This document shows, one piece after another, positions 1 to 14,811 of a stretch of DNA of 64,000 bases; position 1 is the stretch's first letter; every line of letters starts with the position of its first letter. Under the pieces are notes generated by a model. The model was given only the letters and a program-made list of their open reading frames with translations, was not told the DNA's origin and did not search any database. The DNA is from Octopus vulgaris. Lineage: Eukaryota. The position numbers were made by a program, and so were the translations under genes. The stretch is taken from positions 159,588,001 through 159,652,000 of the forward strand of contig OX597816.1 of the NCBI GenBank assembly GCA_951406725.2, in the 5' to 3' direction.

Positions 1-139
1 TCAGTGCTAGTGTGTACAGGGTGGTGTAATGTGGTGTGGTAAACGGACTGTCTAGTGTGTTTATTTTAATGGCCTATCAATGTATACAATCAGTTTCTTT
101 GCCCTAAGTGTCAGGAAGACATTTGCCAAGAAATGGAAA

Positions 140-605
140 CATATTTCTTTTGAGATGCTCTGTGTTACTTTCAATTAATTTTGAATATAACAAAGAATTT
201 AGTAAAATAACTTAGTTATCATTCAGCTAGTTATGGAACATAAATTGTGACTAAGGTTTGGTGGAAGATTTTAATTCAGAACTTTTGAAAACAAGACATT
301 TGTACTTCAGAACCAGAGGCGATTTCTGCTAGGTTGGTATCAAAAGGGTTAAGAATTATTTCTCTATTATAGATTTTAACCCTTTTGTTACCATATTTCT
401 GTTGAGATGCTCTGACTTCTTTCAATTGATTTTAAATATAACAAAGAATTTAGTAAAATAACTCAGTTATCATTATGCTACTGTTAGGAACATAAATATG
501 TGACTAAGATTTGGTGGAAGATTTTAATTTAAAGCTTATGAAAACAAGACATTTGTACTACAGAGCCAGAGGCAGTTTCAGCCAAGTTGGTATCGAATGG
601 GTTAA
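140..605. mobile_element. Two tandem copies of a TTAA-flanked (piggyBac-like) MITE; the first is 5'-truncated
   Basis: Copy 2 runs TTAA-CCCTTTTG (376) ... GAATGGG-TTAA (605). Copy 1 (140-352) has the same body and ends AAAAGGG-TTAA. Confidence 0.8.
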
Positions 606-1030
606 GGTGGCAAGCAGGCAGAATTATTAACACATTCTGTCTTAACATTCTGAATTCAAATTCTGCCAGGGTTGAATTTGCCTTTCACCCTTTTTGGTGT
701 CAGTAAAGTAAGTACCATTTGACCACTGGGGTTGATGTAATTGGTTTACCCCACCCGTAAACATTACTGGCCCTGTGCTAAAATTTGTAACCAGCATTTT
801 CACACTATTATTTATAGTTTTATTTAAGGTGATGAGCTGGCAAGAATCATTAACATGTTGAGAAAACTGCTTAGTGGCATTTCAGTTGTCTTAACATTCT
901 GAGTTCAAATCCCAGTGAGGTCAGCTTTGGCTTTCATCCATTCGATGTTGATAAAAACAGTACCAGTTACCAACTTCCCTTCCCCTGAAATTACTGGCTT
1001 TTTGCCAAAATTTGAAACCATTATTTATAA
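605..1030 (+). mobile_element. Two diverged copies of tRNA-like SINE family B
   Basis: Family motifs GGCAGAA..TTAACA, TTCTGAGTTCAAAT, CTTTGCCTTTCATCC and AAATTTGAAACCA recur across the window. Confidence 0.8.
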
Positions 1031-1367
1031 TCTTATTTGCTTTGAATTAAACCATTCTAAGTAAGAATTTATCCATATCCTTTTACATTTCAAAATTCTT
1101 ATGACGTCAATAATGGATTTTAAAATTTTTACTTTCTATTTATCACTATTTACTAGATGATTTAGTGTGACAGAATTTATTTTAGCTTACGAAACATTAG
1201 GTTGCAAAACATCTCTTTACACTTCACCATTCTAAATAAAATGTCTGTTGTCTACCACAAGATTTCAGTGGTGGATGGAGTTTACAATTGACTTAAATTC
1301 TTTAACATACCGTGTGCACTAATAAATTGACCAAATTGGCAGAACCTGTAGAGCTTTGGACAAAATG

Positions 1368-1710
1368 CCAAGAAAAATGACTTCAGAAAAATGGATGCCC
1401 ACACCAAAAACACACCAAAGAATTTGTTAACGGCTGAACTAGCAGAACTTGTCAGCTATTTAATTACACCATTTGCTAAAGACAAAATTGCCAAAGTTCA
1501 AGTTATTTTCCATTTGATTATTGAACAGGATTTGGAGAAATACCAGCTTCATGTCAATGCACTTACTAACATCCAGCCTGTTACTTAAACAAGTTCAAAG
1601 AAAGTAACGGCTGCTATGATATAATCTTCAACGACATGTGTCAGCTTGCCAATATATCCCCAGTTTTGATACAGGGATATTCAAAAGGAGTTGGATTTAA
1701 TGTAGGTGAC
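1368..1710 (+). pseudogene. KY/hillarin-like transglutaminase-like domain fragment, frameshifted, inserted in a SINE
   Basis: Frame 1 reads DFRKMDAHTKNTPKNLLTAELAELVSYLITPFAKDKIAKVQVIFHLIIEQDL. After a -1 shift near 1568 it reads HPACYLNKFKESNGCYDIIFNDMCQLANISPVLIQGYSKGVGFNVGD. This fits the KY/hillarin pattern LVxYL..KVRAIFxW..Y..LF..MC..A.I..V.I.GYSKG. Confidence 0.75.
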
Positions 1711-2117
1711 TACTGGTTTTTACATTCTGAGTTTAAACCTACAAGAACCCACCTTTGCTTATCATCCTTTGAGATTCAATATAATGAATATGTAAGTCAG
1801 ATACTAGGTTGATTTAATATTCCATAAAAGCATTGCAGATGTGAATGGAATTGTAATAGAAAACTTAAACCTTCATAAGAACAGGTATGACTATGTGTCT
1901 ACTATACTATGTGTTTACCATACTATGTGGTTTTGAGTTCAGTTTCAGTGCATAGCACCTTGGGCAAGTGTCTTCTACTATAGCCCTGAGTCAACCAAAA
2001 CCTTGTGAATGGATTTGATAGATGGAAATTGAAAGAAGCCTGTTGCATGTATGTATATATATATGTGCAAGTATGCATGACTGTGTGTATGCATGTGTGT
2101 GTGTGCGAGTGTGTGTA

Positions 2118-2161
<44 letters not shown>

Positions 2162-2744
2162 TCTTGAAATTCTGCAGTAGTTGTAAAACAAGCTCCACTG
2201 TCACACAGCGTTGTTTGTTGCCAATGCTCTGTGAAAGTATGTAGATGTACACCTCTATCTCCCTCTACATCTCTTTCTCTGTCTGTCTATCTCTCTCTCT
2301 CTCTCTTTTTTTGACTCTTTCTCTCTTCTCCTCACTTTCCTCTCTCGTGTTTGTATTTTATTAACAATTGTTCATATGCATCTGTCTGAGAGAGAGAGAA
2401 AGAGAAAGAGAGAGAGTGAAGAAAGGAAGAGAGAAAGAGAGGAGAGAGAGAGTGAACGAGAGCGTATGTATGTAATCAATAGATTTTTGTGAATGTGCTT
2501 GTACTATGAATTCTGAATCCGTGAAACATAATGGACATACAAGTTTCACAAAACAAGGTCACAAGCTAGGCTTCAGACTAAGGGCCATAGGCCATAGACC
2601 ATTGTGCCATAGACCAACGTCATTGGATCAGACATACTCAAGGCACTTCACTATTCACTATTTAACACTGGAAATATGAGTGTGTAAAGCTACATTTTTG
2701 TATTTTTTAAAACTGGGATTGGTACAAAATACGTATGTAAACAT

Positions 2745-3160
2745 AGGCGCAGGAGTGGCTGTGTGGTAAGTAGCTTGCTAACCAACCACATGGTTCCGGG
2801 TTCAGTCCCACTGCGTGGCATCTTGGGCAAGTGTCTTCTGCTATAGCCCCGGGCCGACCAATGCCTTGTGAGTGGATTTGGTAGACGGAAACTGAAAGAA
2901 GCCTGTCGTATATATGTATATATATATGTATGTGTGTGTGTTTGTGTGTCTGTGTTTGTTCCCCTAGCATTGCTTGACAACCGATGCTGGTGTGTTTACG
3001 TCCCCGTCACTTAGCGGTTCGGCAAAAAGAGACCGATAGAATAAGTACTGGGCTTACAAAAAGAATAAGTCCCGGGGTTGAGTTGCTCAACTAAAGGCGG
3101 TGCTCCAGCATGGCCGCAGTCAAATGACTGAAACAAGTAAAAGAGTAAAGAGTAAAGAGT
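2745..3160 (+). mobile_element. Full-length young tRNA-derived SINE family A (octopus-type)
   Basis: A-box-like TGGCTGTGTGG, B-box-like GGTTCAGTCC, internal (TA)n/(TG)n and a (GTAAAGA)n tail. A near-identical copy lies at 46597-47000. Confidence 0.9.
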
Positions 3161-3482
3161 ATACAATGTCATATATAAATTATCATTTTGACAACAGCAG
3201 TAGTTGGACTGTTAGCTAAATCATAGAATGATAGCGAACAGGCTCTGAAAATTGTCAGTTCATATCCTGTCTCTAGTGCTCTATGTAAGAACAGTATAGT
3301 CGAGTAAAGAAGTTCCCCTTATAAGCATAAGGCCTCAGGTTCAATCTCACAGTGTGGCATCTTGAGTAAATGTCATTTTCTATAGCTTCGGGTCAGACTG
3401 TATTTTGTGTGTAGAATAGGGTCAGTGGAATCTGCATAGAAGCCCATTGAAAAGGCTGTAGGTACAGCTTTGTTTCACAATT

Positions 3483-3633
3483 TGGCTGTGTGGTAAGAGG
3501 TTTGCTTCCCAACCCCATAGTTCAAAGTTCAGTCCTTCTGTGTGGCTCCTTGGGTAAGTGTTTTTTACTATAACCTCAGGGTGGCCAAAACCTTGTGAGT
3601 GGATTTGGTAGACGGAAAATGAAAGAAACCCAT

Positions 3634-3667
<34 letters not shown>

Positions 3668-3985
3668 TGTGTGTGCATGTGTGTGTGTGCATGTGTGTGT
3701 GTGTGCATTTGTGTGTATGCGTGTGTGTGCATGTATGTATGCATGTGTGTGTGTGTGTGCATCTTTATGTCTGTGTTTGTCCCCTATCTCTGCTTGACGA
3801 CTAGTGTTGGTGTGTTTTAGTCCCTGTAACTTAGCAGTTCAGTAAAAGAAACTGATAGAATAAGTACCAAGCTTAAAGGAAAATAAGAACTGGGGTCGAT
3901 CCATATGGCTAAAATACTTCAGGGAGTTGCCCCAGCATTGCCACAGTCTAATGACTGAAACAAGTAAAATATAAAGGATAAAAGA
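3483..3985 (+). mobile_element. SINE family A copy with an expanded internal (TG)n
   Basis: Same head, body and tail motifs as 2745-3160. Confidence 0.85.
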
Positions 3986-4135
3986 CATTGATACAGCCCG
4001 AGAAGTGTGTGTGTGTGTCGTGTCTGTGTGCGTGTTTGTGTGTGTGTGTGTGTGTGTGAGGGGTGGGTGTTAATTAACTTCTGTTATTTCATGTTGGGCA
4101 AAGTAACATAAAGCAACTAATTGCTTATTCTTCTA

Positions 4136-4138
<3 letters not shown>

Positions 4139-4176
<38 letters not shown>

Positions 4177-4500
4177 TATGTAGCATCCATTGTCCATGCT
4201 GGCAAGGCTTGGATGGTTTGACTGGGCTGTCACACTGGAAGACTGCACCAGGCTCCTGTCTGATTTGGCATGGTTTTTCTATGGCTGGATTCACTTCCTA
4301 ATGCCAATCACTCCGAGAGTGTACTGGGTGCCTTTATGTGCCACCAGCACAAGTGCCATTTGCATGACACCGGGGTGCTTGTACGTGCAAATTTGTGTGA
4401 CACTGGTATCTGCCACGGCTTTGATTTTGCTTGGCTTGATGGGTTCTCTTCTCAAGCTCGACATAATGTCAAAGGTCATGGTCATTGTCTTGATCAGTGG
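4139..4500 (-). mobile_element. SINE family C with (GAT)n tail (RTE-like 3' end)
   Basis: (CAT)n followed by TCCATGCTGGC..GGTTTGAC..CTGGAT..CTTCCTAATGCCAA. Similar copies lie at 9921, 15945, 26220, 39655, 44236, 46075 and 54000. Confidence 0.8.
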
Positions 4501-4522
4501 ATTTAATGTTGTAGGCAGGGAG

Positions 4523-4725
4523 AAGGGGCTATATTAATATATTTGTTTATAGCCCACAAGGGGGCTAAACATAGAGAGGACAAACAAGGACAGACGAAGG
4601 GATTAAGTCGATTACATCAACCCAAGTGCGTAAATGGTACTTTATTTATAGACCCCGAAAGGATGAAAGGCAAAGTCGACCTTGGCGGAATTAATAATTA
4701 ATAATTAAAAGGGGCTATATTAATA
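4523..4725 (-). mobile_element. 5'-truncated SINE B with a 17-bp target-site duplication
   Basis: AAGGGGCTATATTAATA at 4523-4539 and 4709-4725. Confidence 0.85.
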
Positions 4726-6431
4726 ATCTTTTCTACTGTAGGCACAGAAGTTCAGTGTCTTTGCCAGGAGCACAATGCAACAATGGTGATGTGAGATAGG
4801 AACCTTCAGCTGGTCAGTTGGCGCACTGTCAACTGCTAGAGACCAAATGGATCAATAGCAGTAACATGATAATCAACTGTTATTAGCACTTCACTACGTT
4901 GCTGTCTTGTGTCACGTACACACTAACTTTCAAGACACCTCTTGACACTGGTTTCATTCAATCAGTTACTGGTCAGTTTTTATATATATAAAAAAAAAAT
5001 CAAATATTTTTCTTTTCAGGTTTTCAGCTCAAGATAGACTATCAAATTTCACCGGACACTGTCTGCTTGTATGTGGTTGAGACGATCATTTTCAGCCAAT
5101 CAAATCATTTCCTTTTGGTAACAACATTTTCCTTGACACCCAGTTGGAGCCAAATGTCGCATATTTTTTTTTTACATGAAACCAGAGATTATCTCAGTGT
5201 AGTATAGTACTGTTTCTATATTGCATGACAAATTAGACATTCTTTCATACATCCTCTCTTACTCTCTCTCTTTTGGACTCTCTCTCTTTCTGACTCTCTC
5301 TCTCTTTTGGACTCTCTCTCTCTTTCTGACTCTCTCTCTTTCTGACTCTCTCTCTTCCTGACTCTCTCTCTGTCTGACACTCTCTCACTAAACTGTATAA
5401 AATGAATGTTCTTACATCATATAGATTACTTTGAAGACTGCAAAGATAACATGTATATTCAAATAGATAATTAGATTTTTTCATACATCTGGTCATCTTG
5501 GGCATGTGTCAATACTGTTGAGTTGTGGTTAGGTTAAAAAAAAGTAAGAATACAACACAAGTTCCATTACCAGTTGAACCATTCTGTTCTACTTGTTTTT
5601 GGTCCTCAGTCCACTGCAGGAAGACGAGTGAACTCTGGCCAGGCTGAGCTCCTCTCAACATGCTTTTTCAGATAAATACCAACCCTTTTGATACCATTCC
5701 CTTCATCATCCTCATCATCATTATTGTTGTCATCGTGAGCAGCAGCATTATCGTTGACATTATCTTCATTGTCATTATCATCGTTGGTCATCATCTCTGT
5801 CTGTCTGTCAGTCTCTGTCTCTGTCTGCCTGTCTCTTTCACACACACAGACACACACACACACACAGCTTTCTCATATTCACTATATCATCATTACTATA
5901 CAGCTACTCTTCACCCTCTTAATCATTGGTCCTCCCTCTTCTCTTTCTCCTCTCATGACACTTGTCCTTCATTCATTATATTTGCTGCCTCACCCCATTC
6001 CCCATCTCTCACTCTCCTGTACCCTCTTGTAGCCTCCACACTCACTCAGTTTCTAAGACTCCCACTCACTTCCACTCACTCATACTTTGAGGGTACACAC
6101 AGACACCTTATCATCACTATTTTATCTCCTCCCCACCTCAGCCAACCATCTCCTATCCTGTCTTCTAAAATCAGAGTAACCATTTGGCTCCTTCTCTCAT
6201 ACTTTAACCCCTCATCTGTGAAGTCATGTGGCTTAATGGTTAGCGTGTTTGGCTCACAATTGTATGGTTGCGTGTTCAATTCTTGGTAGCATGCTGTGTT
6301 CTTGAGCAAGACACTTTATTTCAACTTGCTCCAGTCTACTCAGCTGTCAAAAATGAGTAGAACTTGTATTTCAAAGGGCCAGTCTTGTCACATTCTGTCG
6401 CATGCTGAATCTCCCTGAAAACTATGTTAAG

Positions 6432-6737
6432 GGTATGCATGGATAAGATCTGAATGGTCCTAGAACTGCATCGTGCTTCTCTGTCAAGTTTGGTATGGCG
6501 GCGAGCTGGCAGAAACATTAGCACGCAGGGCGAAATGCATAGCCGTATTTCGTCTGCTGTTATGTCCTGAGTTCAAATTCTGCTGAGGTCGACTTTGCCT
6601 TTCATCCTTTCGGGGTCAATTAAGTAAGTACCAGTTATGCACTGGGGTCGATGTAATCGACTCAATCCGTGTGTCTGTCCTTGTGTGTCCCCTCTGTGTT
6701 TAGCCCCTTGTGGGTATTAAAGAAATAGGTATGCATG
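6432..6737 (+). mobile_element. SINE B nested in another SINE, with a 10-bp TSD and a 56-nt 5' extension
   Basis: TSD GGTATGCATG at 6432 and 6728. The SINE body spans 6497-6727. Confidence 0.8.
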
Positions 6738-7489
6738 TGTCTGTGGAATGCTCAGTTACTGACACATTAGTTTCACAAGCAGGCTGTTCCATTGATTAGA
6801 TCAACTGAAACACTTATTGTCTAAACCAACAGAGTGCCAGGTTTTTAACCCTTCATCTAATAAAAAGCCACCTCTCCTGAGGTTTGTAGCCTTCCTAGCT
6901 GCTTGGTAAGTTCACTAGTGCTGGTGGTATGAAAACAGTACATTGTTTAGTGGTTGGCATTAGGAAGGGCATCCAGCTATAGAAACCATACCAAAGTTGA
7001 CAGAGAAGCACAATGCAGTCCTTGGACCATTCAAATCCTATCCAAACTGTCCAACCAATGCCAGCATTGAACAAGGACATTGAATGACGATGAGGATAAT
7101 GATGGCAACGATGATGAGGATGAGGAGGATGAGGATGAGGATCTTAAATATAAGACATTGAGCTTCCATCCTGTTATCACTAAAGTGCTACAGACACAAT
7201 AAAAATATATATCAGCAGTTGACGCTTTCTATAGAATTACTGTACCAACAAGAGGATGTTACAAGAAATGCAGGAAGAATACATTTGAAGATGTTCAGAT
7301 TTCACCATAAAGTAAGGACAATTTAAACAAATTTAACTTTACATATCTAACAACAGCACCTATAACTCTATAGTAACTTACTACAATATGTTATTTTCTC
7401 AATTACTTCCATTCAGCATGAGAGAATAAGTTAGTGAAAATGAGTGAGTGAGGAGAGAGAGAGAGTGGGTGAGTGAGAAGGAGAGAAAG

Positions 7490-7556
<67 letters not shown>

Positions 7557-7831
7557 TTATAATTTCATTGAAATTATAATCTGTTTGAACTTCTGGCAAA
7601 GCTTTGAAGACATTGTCAATGAAATGATGATATTATCAGTAGGTGGCAGAACTGTTACTTTCCTGGACAAAATTCTTAGTGGCATTTCTGCCATCTGATT
7701 TCAAATTTTGCCAAAGTCAACTTTTGTCTTTCATCCTTTCAAGGTTGATGAAATAAGTACCAGTTAAGTACTGGGGTAGCCCCTTCCCACAAATTTCAGG
7801 TCTTGTGCCTATAGTAGAAAGGATTATTAGA

Positions 7832-7869
<38 letters not shown>

Positions 7870-8312
7870 CATTATTATCATCATCATCATCATCATCAAG
7901 GTTGCAAGCAGGCAGAATCATTGGTATATTTGACAAAATGCTTAGTGTTATTTCTCCCAACTCATTACAAATCCCATCAAACCCTACGCGGTTAACTCTG
8001 CCTCTCATCGTTTTGGATACAATAAATTAAAGTACCAGACCAGCCCTGGGTACTCAACTTTCCTCTCCTCTCAAATAGCTGAACTTCTACCAAAATTAGA
8101 AAGAATTATTATTATTATTATCATCAACATTATCATCATCCTCTTCTACATTTTCCCTCTCTATTTTCCTCTTCTCCAAATGTCCACAACCAAGTTGCTT
8201 TTCACCCTCATCGCACAGGGAATCTCTGTCCATTATTAACTTAGGTAGGTCCTCAGTTTTATGTTGTGTGTCTCTGCTAATAACATCAATGCAGCTGTGT
8301 GTGGTTTGTCCC

Positions 8313-8752
8313 CAGGGCCAGATTAAGACCCATAAACGCCTTAAGCACTTAAAAGAGTTTGGTGCCCCCATATATATGTAATTCAAAACACAAACAATAA
8401 TTAACCATAAAAATTAATTTGTTTTCAGAATGAAACAAAACTAACAGTAAGATGGGAATTAATGTTTATTTTTGTATACTTCCATTTTATTTATATTTGA
8501 GTCAAGACTATTGAAAAGGTTGCAAGACGCAATTAAAATTTTTGGAAAATAAAAATAAGAAATAAGTGGAAATTTTACCGGTGAGTGTGTTAAATTATGA
8601 GGGACAAAAAGAGAATGACTCTCCCCAGACACAACAGAATATATTTGAAAAGTTTTCTAAATTTTTTTAATTGTAAAGCCTTTGATCAGATCCTCAAAAT
8701 TAATCTTACATAACACATTTGCTTCTATACATTGTAGAGAGAAAGCATCCCA
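8313..8752 (-). mobile_element. hAT transposon 3' remnant (terminus plus transposase C-terminus)
   Basis: Terminus CAGGGCCAGATTAAG at 8313. The minus strand of 8645-8752 reads WDAFSLQCIEANVLCKINFEDLIKGFTIKK/FRKLF, resembling the end of the hATC dimerisation region. Confidence 0.7.
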
Positions 8753-8923
8753 AATATTATTTTAGAAAGTTTAAAGAGATTTCTTTTGTGCAGTGAAGAG
8801 GGTGAAGAGTAGCTGTATAGTAATGATGATATAGTGAATATGAGAAAGCTGTGTGTGTCTTATTTTACCAACGCCATATGCTACTAACCCCAATATTCCA
8901 AGTTCGATTCCAGGCAGTGACCC

Positions 8924-8961
<38 letters not shown>

Positions 8962-9254
8962 ATGGTTAACCCAGCACTGAAATCATATGGCTTTGATGCT
9001 TGGCTTAGTAGTAGTATGCAGTAAAGCCTACTTTATGGTGAGCAATTATAACAGAGGTTAGACTCTACTACAGATATATTGAGTCCTTTAGTGGCCTTTA
9101 TTTATTCAATGTTCTTTGTTTACATGTTTTTAATAACACTTATACTAAACTGGATAAATAAATAAATGACTAGGTAGATATGTAGGCAGACAGGCAGGCA
9201 GACACAAAGATGCACAGACAGACGTGAGGCAGGAGAGAAAGAATATAGAAATGA

Positions 9255-10650
9255 TTATCTTTTATTTCCTTTACTTGTTTCAGTCATTGGATTGCAGCCA
9301 TGCTGGGGCACTGCCTTTTGGGGTTTAGTCAAACAAATCAGCCCCAGAACTTATTTTTGAAAGCTTGGAACTTATTCTATTGGTCTCTTTTACTGAACAA
9401 CTAAGTTATGAGGAGATAAACAAACCAACACTGGTTGTCACTGTGTGGTAGGGGCCAAACACACACACAACTGGCTTCCACACAGTTTACATCAACCAAA
9501 TTCACTCACAAAGGCGTTGATTGGTTTGGGGCTATTGTAGAAGACACTTGTCCGAGGTGTTGCACAGTGGGACTGAAGTCAAAACCAAGTGGTAGCAAAG
9601 CAAGGGTCTTACCCACATAGCCATGTGTGTACTCTTGGTAATGTGGACAGAAGCTTCAATTGCTAAAATCTTGAGCAGATTCTGAAAAGAAAATAATATT
9701 GGTTTCAAATTTTGGCACAAGGCCAACAATTTTGGATGAGGAGGCCAGTCGATTACACCGATCCTCTCTCCCCCAGTGCACAACAGGTACTTTGATAAAC
9801 CCTGAAATAATGAAAGGCAAATTCGACCTCAGTGGAATTTAAACTCAGAAAGTATAAACAGATAAAATGCTGTTATGAATCTTGCTTGGCATGCTAACCA
9901 TTTGGTCAATACAAGATAACATCATCATCATCATCATCGTTTAACATCCGTTTTCCATGCTAGCATGGGTTGGATAGTTCGACCGGGGTCTGGGAAGCCA
10001 GGAGGCTGTACCAGGCTCCAGTCTGATCTGGCAGTGTTTCTACAGCTGGATGCTCTTCCTAATGCCAACCACTCCGTGAGTGTAGTGGGAGCTTTTTATG
10101 TGCCACCGGCACAGGGACCAAAGGAGGCTGGTAATGGCCATGATCAGTTGATGCTTTTTACATGCCACTGGCATGGACGCCAGGCAAGGCGGTGCTAGCA
10201 TCAGCCATGTTCAGATGGTGCTTTTTATGTGCCACCAGCATGGATATCACGACTACAATTCCCATTTGATTTTTATTTTGATGTTGATGTACTCGACTCA
10301 ATAGGTCTCCTCAAGCACAGCAGGTCACCCTATGATCCAAGGTAAGCACAGCAGGCCATCCTGCAAGCCATGAACTCACTTCATTTGTCAGGTCTTCGCA
10401 GTCACAACATATCTCTAGAGGTCTCACTCTTTTGTTGTTGCCTACATTAGTTTCAAATTTTTGCACAAGGCCAGCAATTTCAGAGTAGGGATTAAGTTGA
10501 TTACATCAGCTCCAATGCTCAATTGGTATTTATTTTATCGATACCCATAAGATGAAAGGCAAAGTTGACCTCAGCAGATTTTGAAGTCAGAATGTAAAGA
10601 CGGACGAAATGTCACTAAGCATCTTACTCAGCATGCCAACGATTCTGCTA
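9255..10650 (-). mobile_element. Cluster of SINEs A, B, C and B
   Basis: Family motifs are present in reverse orientation. Confidence 0.8.
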
Positions 10651-11372
10651 ATGCAAGATAATATTGGCATTTAAAAGTTACCATTGATGGTCACTCAACA
10701 TAAAAATTCATTTATTTGTTAAAATGATAGCTTATTATTTTATATTATATCAATTTTTTTTTTCTATTTCTATCGTCTAGATTGCCAATTTCCAATAATT
10801 AAACAATTCAGTCATATTTATTGATTTAAATTGCTTTTTATGAAAATTTTTCAATACAAAAATAAAGAAAATTTTATTAATTTCAAGATATGAGATAAAT
10901 GGAAAACTGTATCTCAAAACATTTTTTTACTAAAATTAAAATAATGTCCAAATTAATTAATAGAAACTTATTACACAGTGTAGTTACTTTATTGGTTTCT
11001 ATACATTAGACAAAAAAAATGTTAATTTCTTTTTTTGTAGCTCAAAGAATTGACTGAATTATCTCCAGAATATAACGGGTATTTATTATATGAAATATTC
11101 ATCATCATCATTGTCAGCATCATCATGGCTGCCACTGCCACCACCACCACCACCACCACCACCACCACCATCATCATCATTTTCCTAGTTTGCATAAGTT
11201 GGATGGAATTTGTTGAGGTGGATTTTCCATAGCTGGATGCCCTTTCTGTCACCAACCCTCATCTGTTTCCTATGACCAGACATGTTTTCATGAAAGATTG
11301 GAAACAACGGACACTACTGATGTGGCAGTGACACTTGTTCATAACTATAATGAAATATGAAAGCAAAGCGAC

Positions 11373-11446
<74 letters not shown>

Positions 11447-12116
11447 GCACACATGTACAATGGGTTTCTTTCAATTTCCATCCACTCACAAGGCTTTGGT
11501 CAGCCCGAGGCTATAGTAGAAGACACTTACCCAAGGTACCATGCAGTGGGACTGAACCCAGAACCATGTGGTTGGGGAGCAAACTTCTTACCATAAAGCC
11601 ATGCCGATATCTTTACACATGACAAGCTTCTTTCAGTTTCCTTCCACCAAATCAGTTCATGAAACTTTTGTTGGCCTGGGGCTGTAGTAGAGGATACTTG
11701 TCCAATGAGTCATGCAGTGGGACTGAACCTGGAACCATGTGATTGGGAAGTCTGCACCCTCTATTTAATGTGCAAATTAAATGGAAGAAGTTGACTGCTG
11801 TAAAGTTTTAACATGGATGGTAATCTATTTTATCACTCTCTCTCTCAGGGACCACCCAGGCACCTCACCTGCACGATTTTTATTTCTTCAGCTCTTCCCT
11901 GATCCCCTCATCTAAAACTGTGGCTCTTTGGTAGCCAGAAACTTGTTCTGCTCTGGCTCTCTCGTACTTTTAAGCCACCGTTTCCTGGCCTAAAGCTGTC
12001 CCCTTGGAGTTCATTGTCATGCAAGCTGTATGGTAACCTCACAAGTGCCGCTAGCATATAAAAAGCACCCAGTATATGGGGTAAGGTAATTGGCATTAGG
12101 AAAGGCATTCAGTCAT

Positions 12117-12393
12117 AGAAACCATACCAAAGCAGCATACTAAGGCGGCAAGTTGGCAGAAACGTTAGCATGCCAAGTGAAATGCTTAGCGGTATTTCAT
12201 CTCCCATTACGTTCTGGGTTCAAATTCTGTCGAGGTCAACTTTGCCTTTCATCCTTTCGGGGTCGATAAATTAAGTACCAGTTATGCACTGGGGTTGATG
12301 TAATCAACTTAATCCGTTTTTCTGTCCTTGTTTGTCCCATCTATGTTTAGCCCCTTGTGGGCAATAAAGAAATCAGAAACCATACCAAAGCAG
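12117..12393 (+). mobile_element. Full-length SINE B inserted in a SINE C with a 19-bp TSD
   Basis: AGAAACCATACCAAAGCAG at 12117-12135 and 12375-12393. Confidence 0.85.
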
Positions 12394-12819
12394 ACACTGG
12401 AGCATCATGCAGTTCTTGGACCCACCTGATCTTGTCACACCGTCCAACCCATACCATTCAGGGACATGGATGGGTGTTAAATGATGATGATGATGATGAT
12501 GATTGTGATTATACTGGGTTTTGTAGATGCAGATATTTTTTTAAAAAGTAATTTATTATTCACAGCCAGATGCTCTTCATAACATGTATATTGTGGCTAT
12601 TTTCATCCAGATCAAATGAAGCTAGTAGATTAATGTGTCTAACTGAAGTTTCAAACATGCTAACAGGTTTATTAATGTACATGGAAACTCACTTAACTGG
12701 ACTGTGCTGGTCTGCTTAACTTTATCAGAATTGATACATTATTATGTGAAAAAAAACAAAGCGAAACAAAACAACACATTTGTCTATCAGGTCAGTTTGT
12801 AAACGTTAATAACTCCATG

Positions 12820-12826
12820 TATACAT

Positions 12827-12875
<49 letters not shown>

Positions 12876-12915
12876 TATATGTATATATAAATATATATAT
12901 ATATATATGTATATA

Positions 12916-13000
<85 letters not shown>
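12820..13000. repeat. (TA)n microsatellite
   Basis: Directly visible. Others lie at 14152-14270, 14744-14805 and 39340-39395. Confidence 0.95.
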
Positions 13001-13004
<4 letters not shown>

Positions 13005-13369
13005 TACATAGAAAAAGAAAATCTATCATTTATCTATCCAATCACTCGTTCTGTGTGAGCACCATAGAATGGTGATAAGCTGTCACCGAGATGAATTTGC
13101 AACAAAGGTTTAGTTCCCAGTTGAGTCGTTCCAATGCACCGACTCCAAGCTCCTGTGATTTCTGCTTATGGTTAATAGCTGGTAGAGGAGTGACTCCTCC
13201 TCCTCCACCTCCTCCTCCTACTACTACTACTACTACTACTACCACTACTACTACTACCAGTAGCATTAGAATATGAACATTAAATGAAGATGATGATGAT
13301 GACTACAACGATGACAACAATGACAATGATCATGATGATGTTGATCATCATCATCATTTAACGTCCATT

Positions 13370-14550
<1,181 letters not shown>

Positions 14551-14741
14551 ATATATACATATATATATATATGTTTGTTCCTTCTTGAGCCACACACATA
14601 TATATATATATATATATGTATATGTGTGTGTGTATATATATTTACATGCCATTATTTATAGCTTTATATGTGCTTCATGCTCCAGTTACATCAAAGAATT
14701 ATTTCACATTCCCTTGAAAGTTTATAAATTCTTATGACGTC

Positions 14742-14805
<64 letters not shown>

Positions 14806-14811
<6 letters not shown>

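Noticed and set aside
5660-6289. 209-aa hydrophobic ORF
   Set aside because: It is assembled from (ATC)n, (CT)n and (CA)n tracts, pyrimidine-rich sequence and a SINE head.
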